This document shows positions 1 through 13,821 of a DNA stretch of 64,000 nt, piece after piece; positions within the stretch are counted from its first letter, which is position 1, and every line of letters begins with the position of its first letter. A program made the translations under genes and the position numbers. The notes under the pieces were generated by a model. The model was not told the origin of the DNA, ran no database searches, and was given only the letters and a program-made list of their open reading frames with translations. Source of the DNA: Eledone cirrhosa (Eukaryota); the NCBI GenBank assembly GCA_964016885.1, contig OZ024755.1, positions 16,492,001 through 16,556,000 of the forward strand. Direction: 5' to 3'.

Positions 1-102
1 ACACACATATATATATGTATGTGTGTGTGGATGTATATGCATATGCATGTGCATGTGTGTGTGTGTGTGTGTGTGTAGATGTGTACGTATATGTATTTGT
101 GT

Positions 103-365
103 GAAGGCGCATGGGTTAGTGGTTAGAGGTTGTGAGTTCGATTCTTGGAACGGACGATGCGTTGTGTCCTTGAGCAAGACACTATTTCGGATGTAGAAAT
201 GACTTACCACGTCACTGGTGCCAGGCCGTATCTGTACTTGCGTTTCCCTTGGACATGGGTGGCGTGGAGTGGCAAGACATGAAATGCATAGGTAACTGTT
301 GGCCTTGCTCGCACTTGGGCCTTTCTAGGCGCAAATAAATCCAATGGTCATTCGTGACCGAAGGG
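103..365 (+). mobile_element. tRNA-derived SINE (family S2, OR-like), internally deleted
   Basis: A-box-like GGGTTAGTGGTTAG, B-box GAGTTCGATTC and central TTGTGTCCTTGAGCAAGACACT, shared with copies at about 51900 and 63075-63395. Confidence 0.65.
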
Positions 366-603
366 ATCCTTTTTTTTTTTAATTTCTCTAAGTATATGTA
401 TAGTATATATGTGTGTACATGTAAGTATATATGTGTGTTTATACATGCACTAATGTACGCACAGATGTGTATATATGTGTACATGTATAAGATAAATATA
501 TTTGAACCTGATATAAAAATTACTTTATAATATATTGGTGTGTATATGTGTACGTGTGTATGCTTATATACATAATGTGTATGTATGTGTGATATTAACA
601 AGA

Positions 604-647
<44 letters not shown>

Positions 648-1873
648 TACATGTCTATGAGATACATAGCTGAATGGAGCTTAGCTATCTGTAGAGTTAG
701 AAGAGTGGTTTGCAATACAACCATATCTAGCTATCATCTATCTGTGTGGATTTGTGTCTGCTTCTCTCTATATATATATCTATATGTGTGTGTGTTTGAG
801 TGTATATGTGTATTTGTGTGCCTGCATCTCTCTATATAACTCTGTGTATACCTCTTTATATATGTGCGTGTGAGAGTGTATATGTGTATGTCTACTCCTC
901 TATATATATGAGTGTATGTATTAGTCTCTCTCTCTCTCTCTGTGTGTGAAGGCACACAGTTTATTAGTTAGGATATGCGGCTTACGATCATATGTCGAGA
1001 GTTCGATTCCTGTTAGCTACATATCTATCTATCTATACGTCTATCTATCTATCATCTATCTATCTACCTATCTATGTCTGTCTATAGAGCTTATATTTCC
1101 ATCTATTTTACTGTTCAACCGGCCTATGGTGTCTTTTACCATAGTTTCCTGTTGACCTAACGTTTATAATTGTGTATGTGTATGTGTGTGTATGTGTAAA
1201 CATATATGTCCGCGGAATACTCAGTCACTTTATACAATATAACTCAACGAGTAGGTATGGGGTGAAAAATAAAGTTAATGGATCTCCGTCTACTTTGACG
1301 ATACATTCTTTCCAAGTTGTTTTATCAACTGAACAGCCTACCTACCCATTGAGTTATATATATTTATATATTCGTTTCTTCCTTGACTAGTCAGTCAGCT
1401 TGCCTGGTTGGTGCTGAATGGTTCCTGCTAATAAAATAGGAACCATTCTCCACTCCCACCCCGTTTTTGTCGCCGCCGCCGACGCCAATATCTCAACTGC
1501 AACCGCATTCTCCCCCTCTTCTCCCCCTCCTCTCTCCCTCCACACACACACACGCACATGTATGTATAAAGTAATGGTGAAAATGTCTGATATACACATA
1601 CAAAAAGTCTCGCTATTTGAGTGGAGAAGAAAAAAAAAAAAAAAAAAAAACCAATCAACTGAAACCATCTGCCCAATTTCAAGGGAGATAACTCCTATAA
1701 CCTCGGCTGATCCAAGTTTTTTTTTGTTTTGTTTCATTTTATGCAACAATTTCAGACAATGCAATGTGAATAATGGGCCTTGTCTATAAGCCAAGTTGGT
1801 GAAAGCAACAGACATGTTTCGACCTTATTTCGACGAAGCTTATTCATTTTGCAAGTTGACATGAGTTAGATTG

Positions 1874-1937
<64 letters not shown>

Positions 1938-1939
<2 letters not shown>

Positions 1940-2047
1940 CGAAGGAATTGTGGTAAGGAACCAGGTGGACCATAACGCACCAAAGTACTCAATACTTAGG
2001 GTAGTATAAACGGCTTGAGCTCAGCCGTCGGGGTCCTACTCGTTCCT
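1938..2047. mobile_element. Family A PLE-type short element fragment: inverted tail joined to the HHR 3' half, in (TA)n
   Basis: Reverse-complement tail AACGAAGGAATTGTGGTAAGGAACCAGG... fused to AAACGGCTTGAGCTCAGCCGTCGGGGTC; TA tracts on both sides. Confidence 0.7.
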
Positions 2048-2319
2048 ATATATATATAGGATATAACTGGGAGGAGTATTTTCCATAAAGTGTATACGTA
2101 TAAATCGACACCCACTGTCTAAATTTGGTTAGTGGGGAACACAACCCCAATATCGGCGCAATTTCAAGGCCGAAACTTCCTTTATAGTTGCGCAGTTAAT
2201 GGAAAGTAAGCAAGTGAGAATAAGTGCTTGGCTCTTTTGAAGGGAACTCTTTCCTTCCCTCGCGCCCTTATTCTCTAAACCCTATCCCCACTTCTCATTC
2301 TTCCTTCCTTTCCTTCTCC

Positions 2320-2480
2320 TAGCGCCCTCAGTCTTCCTTCCTTTCCTTCTAGCGCCCTCATTCTTCCTTCTTTTCCTTCTCCAGCGCCCTTATTCTTCCT
2401 TCTTTTCCTTCTCCAGCGCCCTTATTCTTCCTTCTTTTCCTTCTCCAGCGCCCTTATTCTTCCTTCTCCAGCGCCCCCAT
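2320..2480. repeat. Pyrimidine-rich minisatellite (about 29 bp, CCTTCTCCAGCGCCCTTATTCTTCCTTCTTTT-like)
   Basis: About 6 imperfect tandem units. Confidence 0.85.
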
Positions 2481-2768
2481 TCTCTAAATGCTACCCCCCC
2501 CTCACACTTATTCTTTCCTTCCCTTATACAGGAAATGTGTATTCAGAAACGGCCTGCCCTCTTCTCTCTCTCTCTCTTTTTCTCGCTGTCTCTCCATTCA
2601 ACCCTACACACACTTATATACACACACACGGACATACATACACACACAAGTATAGACATACATATGAGGGAGTCCAACCATTACCAGTTTGGCTCAATGA
2701 AGGGATTAATAAGAATCAATTAGTCAGAGCATAAATAACATTATATATATACACACAGAGACATATAT

Positions 2769-2817
<49 letters not shown>

Positions 2818-2832
2818 CACACACAAATATAT

Positions 2833-2869
<37 letters not shown>

Positions 2870-3255
2870 TAAATATATGGATAGAATATACGTATTCCGA
2901 CTCTGCTCAGTCTGAGCTGACTTCAGCTAAACAACATTAACAACAGCAACAACAACAACGGTTGTTCACAGTTTTATTATTATATATATATATTTTTTAA
3001 TTTTCATTTCTTTTAAACCCCCCCTCCCCACCCACTCACCTCCACACAATCCTCCTCCCCCTCCCCCTCCACCTAAGATTTGCTGAATAAAACTAACAAC
3101 AAAAACAAAACTGCTTATCTGACTACTTAGCTAACCTACATGCAACATGTACATCAGTTAGTGTGTGTATATATATATATACACACAATATATATATATA
3201 TATACATATATATTGTGTGTGTATATAGAATGCGTTGGTGTATCTAAAGCAACAT

Positions 3256-3359
<104 letters not shown>

Positions 3360-3538
3360 GTATATGTGTGTGTGTGTAAATAAACATTATATATATATAT
3401 ACACACACACACACATATATATATACGTACACATACACACATATCAGATACGTTTATATATATGTATACTTGTTTGTATATGTTTGTGTTTTAACCCCCC
3501 CCCCCCCCCCTCCAACTCTTAGTCTAACCTCCAATCAG

Positions 3539-3577
<39 letters not shown>

Positions 3578-3671
3578 CGTACACATATATCAGATATGTT
3601 ATATGTATACTTGTTTGTATATGTTTATGTTTAAACCCCCCCCCCCAACTCTTAGTCTAACCTCCAATCAG

Positions 3672-3714
<43 letters not shown>

Positions 3715-4192
3715 CGTACACGTACACATATATCAGATATGTTATATGTATACTTGTTTGTATATGTTTATGTTTTTAAAAAAAAAATCCCCACCCCCAA
3801 CTCTTAGTCTAACCTCCAATCACACACACACACACACATACATACATACACACACACAGCCTACCTATCAACCAAGCCACCTTCCTACCCACCAGCCCAT
3901 CTACCTATCTATCTATATATATATTTCTGTGATGTCTGTCTCACTACTAAGTTTGTGTTCCTCTTCTCGCTAACCTCCTCTGCCTCCTCCTCTCATCTGA
4001 TGTTTCTCAAACATAACTTCATTCACTTTTTCTATATGAATAAAATACGTACACACAAACTTTGTTCGTTATCTACTTATATTATCTAGGTCTTCTTCCA
4101 CTCTCTCCCACATCCTTTCCTATTTCTCTAACTATATTCGTCTATCTATCTATCTATCTATCTATTCTTTTTCTATCTATATATGTGTCTAC

Positions 4193-4263
<71 letters not shown>

Positions 4264-4416
4264 AAAATGAAAATAGAGAAATTAATGTGAGCAAGAAGCC
4301 AACAGTATTTCATAATATATATATATATATATATATATATAATCTGTCTATCTATCTACTACATATCTGTGTCTACAGCTGTCTGTCTGTCTCTCTCTCA
4401 TATATATATATATATA

Positions 4417-4607
4417 TAGAAAAATGTTCAAGACCCCGACGGCAGAGATCAAGCCGTTTCGACGGCTATTTCTGGACTCAGAAATAGCCATCGAAACGGC
4501 TTGAGCTCTGCCGTCGGGGTCTTGTTCCTATTACCCACTCTACTACCCAAAGTATTGAGTACTCTGGTGCGTTATGGTCCACCTGGTTCCTTACCACACT
4601 TCCTTCG

Positions 4608-4610
<3 letters not shown>
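4417..4610 (+). mobile_element. Family A fold-back element (palindrome plus about 80-bp tail) in (TA)n
   Basis: AAGACCCCGACGGCAGAGATCAAGCCGTTTCGACGGCTATTTCTG...CAGAAATAGCCATCGAAACGGCTTGAGCTCTGCCGTCGGGGTCTT, then tail ...GTATTGAGTACTCTGGTGCGTTATGGTCCACCTGGTTCCTTACCAC. Confidence 0.8.
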
Positions 4611-4642
<32 letters not shown>

Positions 4643-4844
4643 TGTCTATCTATATGTCTATCAATGCGACACAGAAAGGAGATTCCACATGGCATTTCGA
4701 TTTCCTCTTAGGCGTTCCTGGTTAAATTAAGTCTTTTGATACTAAACTCCCTAAACCCGCCCTTCATTCTACGATATTTTCGTAAAAGATCTTCCATAAT
4801 GATTTTACGTAAGAATGATTGTAAAGTTATGTTCCAAACACTAA

Positions 4845-4905
<61 letters not shown>

Positions 4906-4992
4906 CCCACGTCATCATTATTACTCCCACTCGTAAACACCAACCAACACATAACGATAGTTACAAACATAGTACTGATCTTTATCACCATT

Positions 4993-5558
4993 GTTATCAC
5001 GATAGAATTGTATTGTTATCACTATAGCATTGTATTGTTATCACTATAGCATTGTATTGTATTGTTATCACTATAGCATTGTATTGTTATCACTATAGAA
5101 TTGTATTGTTATCACTATAGCATTGTATTGTTATCACTATAGAATTGTATTGTTATCACTATAGCATTGTATTGTTATCACTATAGCATTGTATTGTTAT
5201 CACTATATAGAATTGTATTGTTATCACTATATAGAATTGTATTGTTATCACTATAGAATTGTATTGTTATCACTATATAGAATTGTATTGTTATCACTAT
5301 AGAATTGTATTGTTATCACTATAGAATTGTATTGTTATCACTATATAGAATTGTATTGTTATCACTATATAGAATTGTATTGTTATCACTATAGAATTGT
5401 ATTGTTATCACTATAGAATTGTATTGTTATCACTATAGAATTGTATTGTTATCACTATATAGAATTGTATTGTTATCACTATATAGAATTGTATTGTTAT
5501 CACTATATAGAATTGTATTGTTATCACTATAGAATTGTATAGTTATCACTATAGAATT
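4993..5558. repeat. Minisatellite, 21/23-bp unit AGAATTGTATTGTTATCACTAT(AT)
   Basis: More than 20 near-identical tandem units. Confidence 0.95.
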
Positions 5559-5630
5559 CCACACAAAACAAGGCGAATAAGTATGAAAGTTCTACTCATA
5601 CTACAATATAAACCAAAATTTAACACACAT

Positions 5631-5894
5631 GCGAGGGTCAGTTGAAACGTCCATCGGCCGATCAAAATACTCTAAAAAAAATGTGACCAAATGAGGTTTA
5701 TTTTTCAACACCATAATGTCCAATTTTGTCCACTTTCAAGAGATGTCGCTACTAGTTACTTTTGGAGTCTTCTCTGAACAGTGAGCTATAAGTTTACTAG
5801 GAAAGAAACAATGCAGTTGGAAATAAAGAGTTGAAATTAATACATGCAAGATTTCAGAGCTCTAGCATCACTCCTTCACAGCCGATCCTCGTAC
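5631..5894. mobile_element. mariner-like MITE (degenerate)
   Basis: Ends GCGAGGGTCAGTTGAAA and CAGCCGATCCTCGTA; internal sequence shared with 7117-7313 and 46801-46991. Confidence 0.65.
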
Positions 5895-6074
5895 GTACAC
5901 ACACACACACACACACACGTATATATATACATAAAGAACCATCAGGTTATCGAACCAACCAAGCTACTGGAAACTTATAATAAATTGAAGTGAAAAACCA
6001 ACAGGTGCGTGTGTTTTTATTGGCAACATGACACGCCAGCACCAACAGTTTTGCAAGAAATGGCAACATGAATG

Positions 6075-6272
6075 GACCTGTTATTTTTATCTAAAGACAT
6101 TTTTTATAATTCCATCCCGTTCGTCCCCTCAATCTATCTTATTTCTCATTCTTTCTTCTGATGAAAGACTAACGTCCGAAACGTTAAGACCCTCTTCCTG
6201 CTATATCAAGCGTTAACCTAATATATCCCTTCCATATACTGTACCGATTGTGTTGTTATTTGTTTACCTTTT
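6075..6272 (+). mobile_element. Family B HHR-bearing short element ending at (CA)n
   Basis: Near-identical to 9595-9797 (minus) and 21597-21800; contains the HHR motif. Confidence 0.8.
6154..6189 (+). ncRNA. Minimal type I hammerhead ribozyme, family B
   Basis: TCTT-CTGATGA-AAGACTAACGTCC-GAAA-CGTT-AAGA: helix I UCUU/AAGA, palindromic helix III ACGU, GUU cleavage triplet. Confidence 0.7.
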
Positions 6273-6305
<33 letters not shown>

Positions 6306-7116
6306 CAAATGGAAGTTTAGTAAAATCGAAGTTTTGACTGTGGCCAAGCTAACGATATACAATTAGGAATGTGCAGCAAAGCAGTCGATAAGGTTGTGTC
6401 ACCTTAGAGTAATAACATACGTTAGATAGCTTGACAAATTGAAAACTGCGACCGGTGAACCCAGCCACATGAAACCAAAGCAACGAAAACACCACATATA
6501 TATATATATACACACACATGGTGGCTGCCAACTCGTTTTCGAGTACGGCCACTACTTTATATCCATGTAGGAGAACCCCTACCGATGCGCTAAACGAGTG
6601 CGACTTTTTAGTCTAGCCAGCGACTTGAAAACTCTGGTACAAACACTACACTTGTGACAATTATTGACACAGTGCTGGTCCCATGGCACCATGTGACGAC
6701 AAGTGCAGAGAGATCTCTAGATATAAAGCAATGCCTGTACCGTGAAGCTTTTATAGTGAGCAAAGGCACTGCACAAAGCCAGTCCCACTCTCTTAACCAA
6801 GATGATATTTACCAAAAAGAAGAACAGGTCAACATCATTGGATACCATCAGGGTTGCAGGTGTTATATCAGAGTTTTCCTTCTCCTAGAATTCTGCCTTG
6901 ACAAAGGCTAAGGGGTTATCTCTCCCGGTGATTTTGGATGGCCATTGACTCTTAAGAGCTCCTTTGCCCTTTGACAAGTTTTGTTTTTAGTCCTGCAGGA
7001 TGTCCAAAGTCACCCTCCTCACCAAGAAACCTTGGTGGGGTTGCCAGTTTAGTCGCCAACGACCCGACCATGAGACAGGTTGTACTGGGATACATGTTAC
7101 CAATACATACATACAC

Positions 7117-7313
7117 ACGAGGGTTGGCTGTAGAGTTCATAGGCTGACCAAGATACTCTCAGGGAATGACAAAATGTTATTTATTTTTCAACATAGTATC
7201 TCTAAAGAAACAATGCAGTTATTAATAAGAGTTGAGATTGATACATGCAACATTTCAGAGCTCTAGCATCACTTCTTCATTGTCACCTAATGAACTTTTC
7301 AGCACACCCTTGT
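7117..7313. mobile_element. mariner-like MITE
   Basis: TIRs CGAGGGTTGGCTGTAGAGTTCAT and ATGAACTTTTCAGCACACCCTTG, ending in TA. Confidence 0.7.
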
Positions 7314-7592
7314 ATATACAAACAGAATACGTGAAACCAATCTTAATAGCTTGCCATGCTTCAACCATTGAGAAATTTAAAATCGGCAAATTTTCTTTTT
7401 TACGATAACAACAAATCACGTGACCAATACTCTACTCGAATGACCATTGTGATTCTGAAGGTGGAACCGAGAGAGCTTCGAAACGTTAATAAACACGTGC
7501 TTTTGGTAATGCAATTGTTCCAAAACAAGCATAAAGAACTAAATTACTTCATAAAAATAATAAAAAAATGTCATCTTTAATTTCTTCTCCTA

Positions 7593-7628
7593 TCTTCTGA
7601 TGAAGGACTAGTGTCTGATACGTTAAGA
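7593..7628 (+). ncRNA. Degenerate HHR, family B (GAAA changed to GATA)
   Basis: TCTT-CTGATGA-AGGACTAGTGTCT-GATA-CGTT-AAGA. Confidence 0.55.
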
Positions 7629-7732
7629 CTCTTTTCCTACTATATAAAGCGTTAAACTAATATATTTCTTCATTGTACGCTGTCGCATGCTTTGTTATTT
7701 CTGTTTACATTTTGATTACATACACATATATA

Positions 7733-7777
<45 letters not shown>

Positions 7778-7900
7778 CATGCGCCCACGTGTGTGTATGT
7801 ATGTTGACTTAATCTACAAGTCAACAACAGTGTCTGGCACCTTGGCATAGACGTATGCTCTAAGCCAAGTTTCAAACCATATGCCAAATAGGTACATAAC

Positions 7901-7932
<32 letters not shown>

Positions 7933-8217
7933 CACACACACACTCTCTCTCTCACTTTCTCTTGCCTTCATACAGAGAAAAACATTGCGCACGTTCGTAT
8001 GTGTGCTTGTGTATGTGTATATGTGTGAACGTGCTTGTGTGTATGTGAGCGTAGATGTGTGTATGTATAGGTGCTAGCGCGTGTGAATGTGCGTATGAGT
8101 GTGTGTGTGTGTGTGTGTACGAGCGTGTATATATGCAAGCATGTGTGTGTGTGTACGAGCGTGTAAGTGTATGTATATATGCAAGCGTGTGTGTGTGTGT
8201 GTATGTACGTATGCAAG

Positions 8218-8261
<44 letters not shown>

Positions 8262-8529
8262 CAAGCATGTGTGTATGTACGTGCGTGCGTGTAGGGAATG
8301 GTTGCATTACGTGTCGTTCGTTGCCAGAACCTTCTAAGACACTCCATCGTCGTGCATTCAACAGTTTCATTCATTACTTCATTCATAAAAATAAAACTAT
8401 CCCAATCAATGGCAAAATTGTATGACAAGCAACCCTCTCTCTACTCTTTACTTACTTTTTTTTTTACTACAAACAAAGACTGCTTTCTCGAGTTTTGTTT
8501 CTTGGCCATGGTTTTAGTAATCAGCTGAA

Positions 8530-8633
<104 letters not shown>

Positions 8634-8804
8634 TTATATATATATATAATATAATGTGTGTGTGTGTGTGTGTGTGGTTGTTTATTTTTACTTCTATATT
8701 TCGTCTGTTTGGGTTCCGTTTCTTAATTTACATTCTTCATACAATCTATTTATACACTGCTGTTGTTGTTGTTGTCATCGTCGTCCTTGTTATTATTATT
8801 AATG

Positions 8805-8990
8805 TTGGAAAAAAACCGTTAAGCATAGAGTTACGGCTCTTTATGATCTGAGTTCAAATCCCGCCGAGGTTAACTTTGCCTTTCATCCTTACATAGTCGA
8901 TAAAATAAAGTACCAATCACGTACTAGAGTCGATTTAATCGACTTTCCCCTCTCCAAAATTGCTGGCCTTGTGCCTATATAAGAAACCAT
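8805..8990 (+). mobile_element. tRNA-derived SINE family S1 (Meta-domain-like centre)
   Basis: B-box GAGTTCAAATCC; GCCTTTCATCCTTAC..GTCGATAAAATAAAGTACCA; tail TTGCTGGCCTTGTGCC. Confidence 0.8.
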
Positions 8991-9594
8991 TATGATTATT
9001 ACCAAAACCTCGACAGGATGGTCATGGTTCGATAGCTTTCCATTAGATATTTGTGCTCAATCGGGGCCGATCGGGTACTAAACAACAATAACATCAACCA
9101 ACATTTACGAGTTGATTTGACGAAAGAAAAACATCTATCTACGCGGCCGCTCGATCTGCTAGACATAGCAACCAAATATCCCTGAAATCACATAACGCTA
9201 CCACCATATTTGGTTACGATAATATTGTCTTCATGGTAATAACTTTGATAGGTTTTTGACCAACATTGGCCCCAGGTCATGTCTCATTTAATAGCATCAC
9301 CTGGCGAAGTCTTTTAAATCATGTCTTTGCAACTGTTAGATAGTATCAGCAATAGTAAGACCAATGGAAACATTGTTCCCTAGGTCCGATTTGAGGAGTT
9401 TCACCTCACGAGGTAAATGAATGAGGTCTAGGATCTTGTCAACAGATGCCTTCTATATTTAAGTTGTAGTTTGAACACCATAGTTTTCTTGAGCAGGGAA
9501 TATCTGGGTGTAGGTAGTTTATTTGAAATTTCTTTGAGGCATTTGTCCTGGAACCATTCGAAAGTTTTATATATATATATATATGTATGTATGT

Positions 9595-9797
9595 AAAAGG
9601 TAAAGGGAAATAACAACACAATCGGTACAGTATATGGAAGGGATATATTAGGTTAACGGTTGATATAGCAGGAAGAGGGTCTTAACGTTTCGGACGCTAG
9701 TCCTTCATCAGAATAAAAAATGAGAAATAAGATAGATTGAGGAGACGGGCGGGATGGAATTGGAAAATATGTCTTTAGATAAAAATAACAGGTCCAT
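9595..9797 (-). mobile_element. Family B HHR-bearing short element, TA-flanked
   Basis: Reverse complement of the 6075-6272 element. Confidence 0.8.
9680..9713 (-). ncRNA. Minimal type I HHR, family B
   Basis: Minus strand reads TT-CTGATGA-AGGACTAGCGTCC-GAAA-CGTT-AAGA; helix II GGAC/GUCC. Confidence 0.72.
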
Positions 9798-9814
9798 ATA
9801 TATATATATATATA

Positions 9815-9992
9815 CAGAAAATAGTCAGGACTCCGATGGTAGAGCTCCGGCCGTTTCGACAGCTAGATCTAGCTGTCGAATACGGCCGGAGCTCTACCGT
9901 AGGAGTCCTGACTCTTTTCCTATTATCCACTCTACTTCCCTAAGTATCGAGTACTCTGGTGCGTTATGGTTTCTAACCACAGTTTCTTTGTT
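9815..9992 (+). mobile_element. Family A (variant) fold-back element in (TA)n
   Basis: AGTCAGGACTCC...GAGCTCCGGCCGTTTCGACAGCTAGATCTAGCTGTCGAATACGGCCGGAGCTC...GGAGTCCTGACT plus the family A tail. Confidence 0.78.
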
Positions 9993-10016
9993 TTATATAT
10001 ATATATATATATATAT

Positions 10017-10193
10017 AAGGAAGACAAGAGAGGATTGTTCCAATTACAAAAGGATCTCCTAAGGATCTCCTTGTTAAGCCTCCCCGGTAAAGTCTATGCT
10101 AAGTGTCTGGCAAAGGGATGCAGGAAGATTGTCGAGTCCAAGCTAACTGATGAACAGTGTGGTTTTCGGCCCGGACACAGCAGAGCCGACCAA
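10017..10193 (+). pseudogene. RTE-type LINE reverse transcriptase fragment
   Basis: DCSNYKRIS then ISLLSLPGKVYAKCLAKGCRKIVESKLTDEQCGFRPGHSRADQ matches non-LTR RT N-terminal motifs (NYRxISLL...QxGFRxGRS); frameshifted. Confidence 0.85.
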
Positions 10194-10221
10194 TATATAT
10201 GTATATATATATAAATATATA

Positions 10222-10348
10222 AGTTTATCCCGGGGTTTAATCGGGGTAACCACAGTAAGTAAGGTACTCAATGGCATAGCAGAGTATAAATATTTAATAT
10301 AGACTAGAACTGTTTCTAGTACTGCCTCCAGCAGTTCTTGTCAGAAGC
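10222..10348 (-). mobile_element. Family C short element with degenerate HHR
   Basis: Tail GGGGTAACCACAGTAAGTAAGGTACTCAAT; minus strand reads CTGACAA-GA-ACTGC-TGGAG-GCAGT-ACTA-GAAACAGTTCTAG. Confidence 0.6.
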
Positions 10349-10826
10349 AAATGTTTCGAGACCAGTCAAGTTCATTGATTGTTATACAACTATCATACTC
10401 GGGGTCTAATACCCTTGGGCCTCCTTCTGGTGGGTGATGCTCGTAAAATCTCTTAAGGCGATTCTTCCTTGTGACATTGTGAACATGTGGTTGTATCTAA
10501 TCCGGTTCTACGAATCCATTATTATTATTATTATTATTATTGGCAGAATCAGTAGAGCGCCTGACACCATGCTTTGCAGCATAGAGTTAGAGCCCTTTAC
10601 ATTCTGAGTTCAAATCCCGGGTTGGTCGACGGCTACTTAGGTGTTTCAGACATTCCCAGGCTGACACTTGTGTTAAGAGACATTCTCAATATATATATAG
10701 GTCAAATTATACATACGTGCATTTATATATTTATACATCTACATATACATCACCCCATATCAACACTCATTCACGTTCGGGATTTTACATCCCCCTCTCT
10801 CTATATATATATACATATAAATATAA

Positions 10827-10857
<31 letters not shown>

Positions 10858-11044
10858 TATACATACACGTACATAATGTTAATTAAATGATGTTCATGAG
10901 AATAGACCTATTAGGATATGGTGAGATATTGGAGTGGGGGTGGTGTTGGCGGCGTGTAGGAAAGGTCATGTTAAGACGTTAATTTAATGGAACATTCCTC
11001 TGGAATCTGAACAATGTGAGTTCAATTCCCACCAGTGTTGCTTT

Positions 11045-11081
<37 letters not shown>

Positions 11082-11325
11082 CCCAATCATATATTCAAAT
11101 TTATACACACATGTATGTACATTATGTATTATATATATATATATATATACTTCTGTTTGTCGTTGTCCTACACTGTATGTGTATATATATAAAGCCAGGA
11201 TTGTTCAAAGAAAAGATTTTTGTATATTGAATATAAATATGGTCACTGAATAGATAGAGAGGCTTTATATACATACATACATACATACATACATACATAC
11301 ATACATACATACATACATACATACA

Positions 11326-11359
<34 letters not shown>

Positions 11360-11769
11360 CATACATACATACATACATACAACATACATACATACATAAT
11401 ACATGTATATATATATATAGAGAGAGAGACATGTACATACAATATATGAATGTATATATACACAAACACACGTCTATTTTGTCCACCAAATACCACATCC
11501 AAATATACAGACGTGTGTGTTGATGGTGTATGTGTGTGTTGATGGTGTATGTGTGTGTGTTGATGGTGTATGTGTGTGTGTTGATGGTGTATGTGTGTGT
11601 TGATGGTGTATGTGTGTGTTAGGAACATATAAGTTTGTTATTTGTCCATCAACAGGCTGATGACCACAAACGTCTAGTTTCAAATAACCAACCTCATACA
11701 CAGACACATAATAAACTTACTACACACACACACACACACACACACCTCCACAAACAGTCCACATACACA

Positions 11770-11990
11770 TCCCCAGACACCTCCACGTGGGACCCAGATA
11801 TCGGACTCAGATCGTCGTGCCATCTGGTTCTTCTCCACTGCCATGGTGTCAACTGTCACTCTAAGAGTCCACCTGTTGTCTCTGAGACGAGAGACGTGGC
11901 CAGCCCATCTATGTTTGCCCTTCTCGATGATCTCGATTTATGTCTTTCACTCCAGTCTGCTGTAAAATCATCATGCAAGTGCCTGAGCGC
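11770..11990 (-). pseudogene. RTE-type LINE ORF C-terminal fragment
   Basis: Minus frame reads IEIIEKGKHRWAGHVSRLRDNRWTLRVT, typical of the RTE KWRWAGHVxR..DNRW motif. Confidence 0.75.
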
Positions 11991-12489
11991 TCTACATTTC
12001 TACAGATACCTGCCCTGCATCCTTAAGGTTGTTCTCAGCATGACATTGTGTGTCATGGCTGGCCCTTGAATTACATGTACAACTCATTTTTGAACAGGTG
12101 AGTTGACTGGAGCAACGTACAGTAAAGTACTTTGCTCAAGGACATATCGTTTCTACTTTAACAATGTAGGCTGGCTTTGCCTATAGTGCAGGCCTCGCAG
12201 TGGTACCTTAACGCACTCTAGGGTAGCCCTGCCTATGGTGTAGGCCTCACCGTAGCACGTTAATACACCCAAGACTTGCCTTGCCTATGTTGCAGACCTC
12301 ACTGTAGCGTTAATACGCATGTGTACACACACACACATTATATATATATATAAATAGAACTAATAATAAATTTGTAGACTAAAATCCAAAGCGGGCTCGA
12401 TAAGGATAAATATGTTTCAGAAGATCCCGTTAAGGGTGAAAGCAGCGATTCTTTGCTTAAACTTTAATCTTATTTTAATAAATAAATAA

Positions 12490-12532
<43 letters not shown>

Positions 12533-12559
12533 CAGTTTGATTATCAAAAGAAATATAGT

Positions 12560-12623
12560 TGTCTTTAGATAGTACTAGGTTTATATATATATATATATAT
12601 AAACCTAGTACTATCTAAAGACA
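12560..12623. repeat. Perfect about 22-bp inverted repeat around (TA)n
   Basis: TGTCTTTAGATAGTACTAGGTT-(TA)n-AACCTAGTACTATCTAAAGACA. Confidence 0.9.
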
Positions 12624-12661
12624 CACACATATATATATGTGTATATATATATATGTGTGTG

Positions 12662-12720
<59 letters not shown>

Positions 12721-13246
12721 GTATGTGTAGACATGTCCCCGTTAAATGAGTGACTAATCAGTAAGAAGACGACTGGATTAGATTACCTGTCTAATTGGAG
12801 TGTGTACATAGATTCATTCTTTCGTTGATAAAATGTTCATTTCCCGTAGTTAAAATAGCAGATAACATTGATAAATTATTGTTACACACACACACACACA
12901 CTCACGTCTACTTAATAACATACACCTACACCTGAGAGACAACGGGACTGGAAGAAACACACACACATAATGACATACACCTACACCTGAGAGACAACGG
13001 GACAAGAAACACATACATACACACACTCTCACGTCTACTTAATAACATACACCTACACCTGAGAGACAACGAGACTAGAAGAAACACATACACACACACA
13101 CACCACAAATGGCCTTACGATCACCTTTAACTTTGGATAATAGAATCTTATACACTGCCCACCTGTATTGTGTTCATTCAATTATTTAACCGTTCTGTGT
13201 ACGTGTGTACACAAAACACCCCCTCCAATTTATATATATGTATGTA

Positions 13247-13290
<44 letters not shown>

Positions 13291-13293
<3 letters not shown>

Positions 13294-13395
13294 AGGTGTC
13301 CCCCCCAAAATGTATACAATGTATACACACTTTGATTACCTGTACAGGCAATATTTATTAGAATGCTGTTGAAGTGTGTATACATTTCTTTGGAC

Positions 13396-13400
<5 letters not shown>
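13291..13400. mobile_element. Tc1/mariner-like MITE (second copy at about 28858-28970)
   Basis: TIRs AGGTGTCCC..AAAATGTATACA and TGTATACATTT..GGACACCCT, followed by TA. Confidence 0.65.
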
Positions 13401-13433
<33 letters not shown>

Positions 13434-13493
13434 CCAAGGCTCTGATACCATCAACACCATAAACACAGAGCTGGCATATCTAAGAACTGACTA

Positions 13494-13549
13494 ACTGCCT
13501 GATGAGGTCATAGCTATTCAATGGCTATCATCGAAATATATATAGCAGT
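13494..13549 (+). ncRNA. Type I HHR, family E, intact core
   Basis: ACTGC-CTGATGA-GGTCATAGCTA-TTCAA-TGGCTATCATC-GAAA-TATATATA-GCAGT: helix I ACUGC/GCAGU, long helix II, palindromic helix III AUAUAUAU, AUA cleavage triplet. Confidence 0.82.
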
Positions 13550-13590
13550 AAATAAAGGATTATGAGTTCATGCAATTGACTTATGTTTCG

Positions 13591-13635
<45 letters not shown>

Positions 13636-13768
13636 TTCTTTATTAGCCACAGGGGCACAAAAGAAGGGGAAAAATACAAAGGGGGAAGTTTACATACAAT
13701 AAAAACGTGTAAAATGTTATCACAAATGCAATTAAAAAAGTTAGTCGATTTTCCCCAATAGGGGGAGA

Positions 13769-13821
<53 letters not shown>

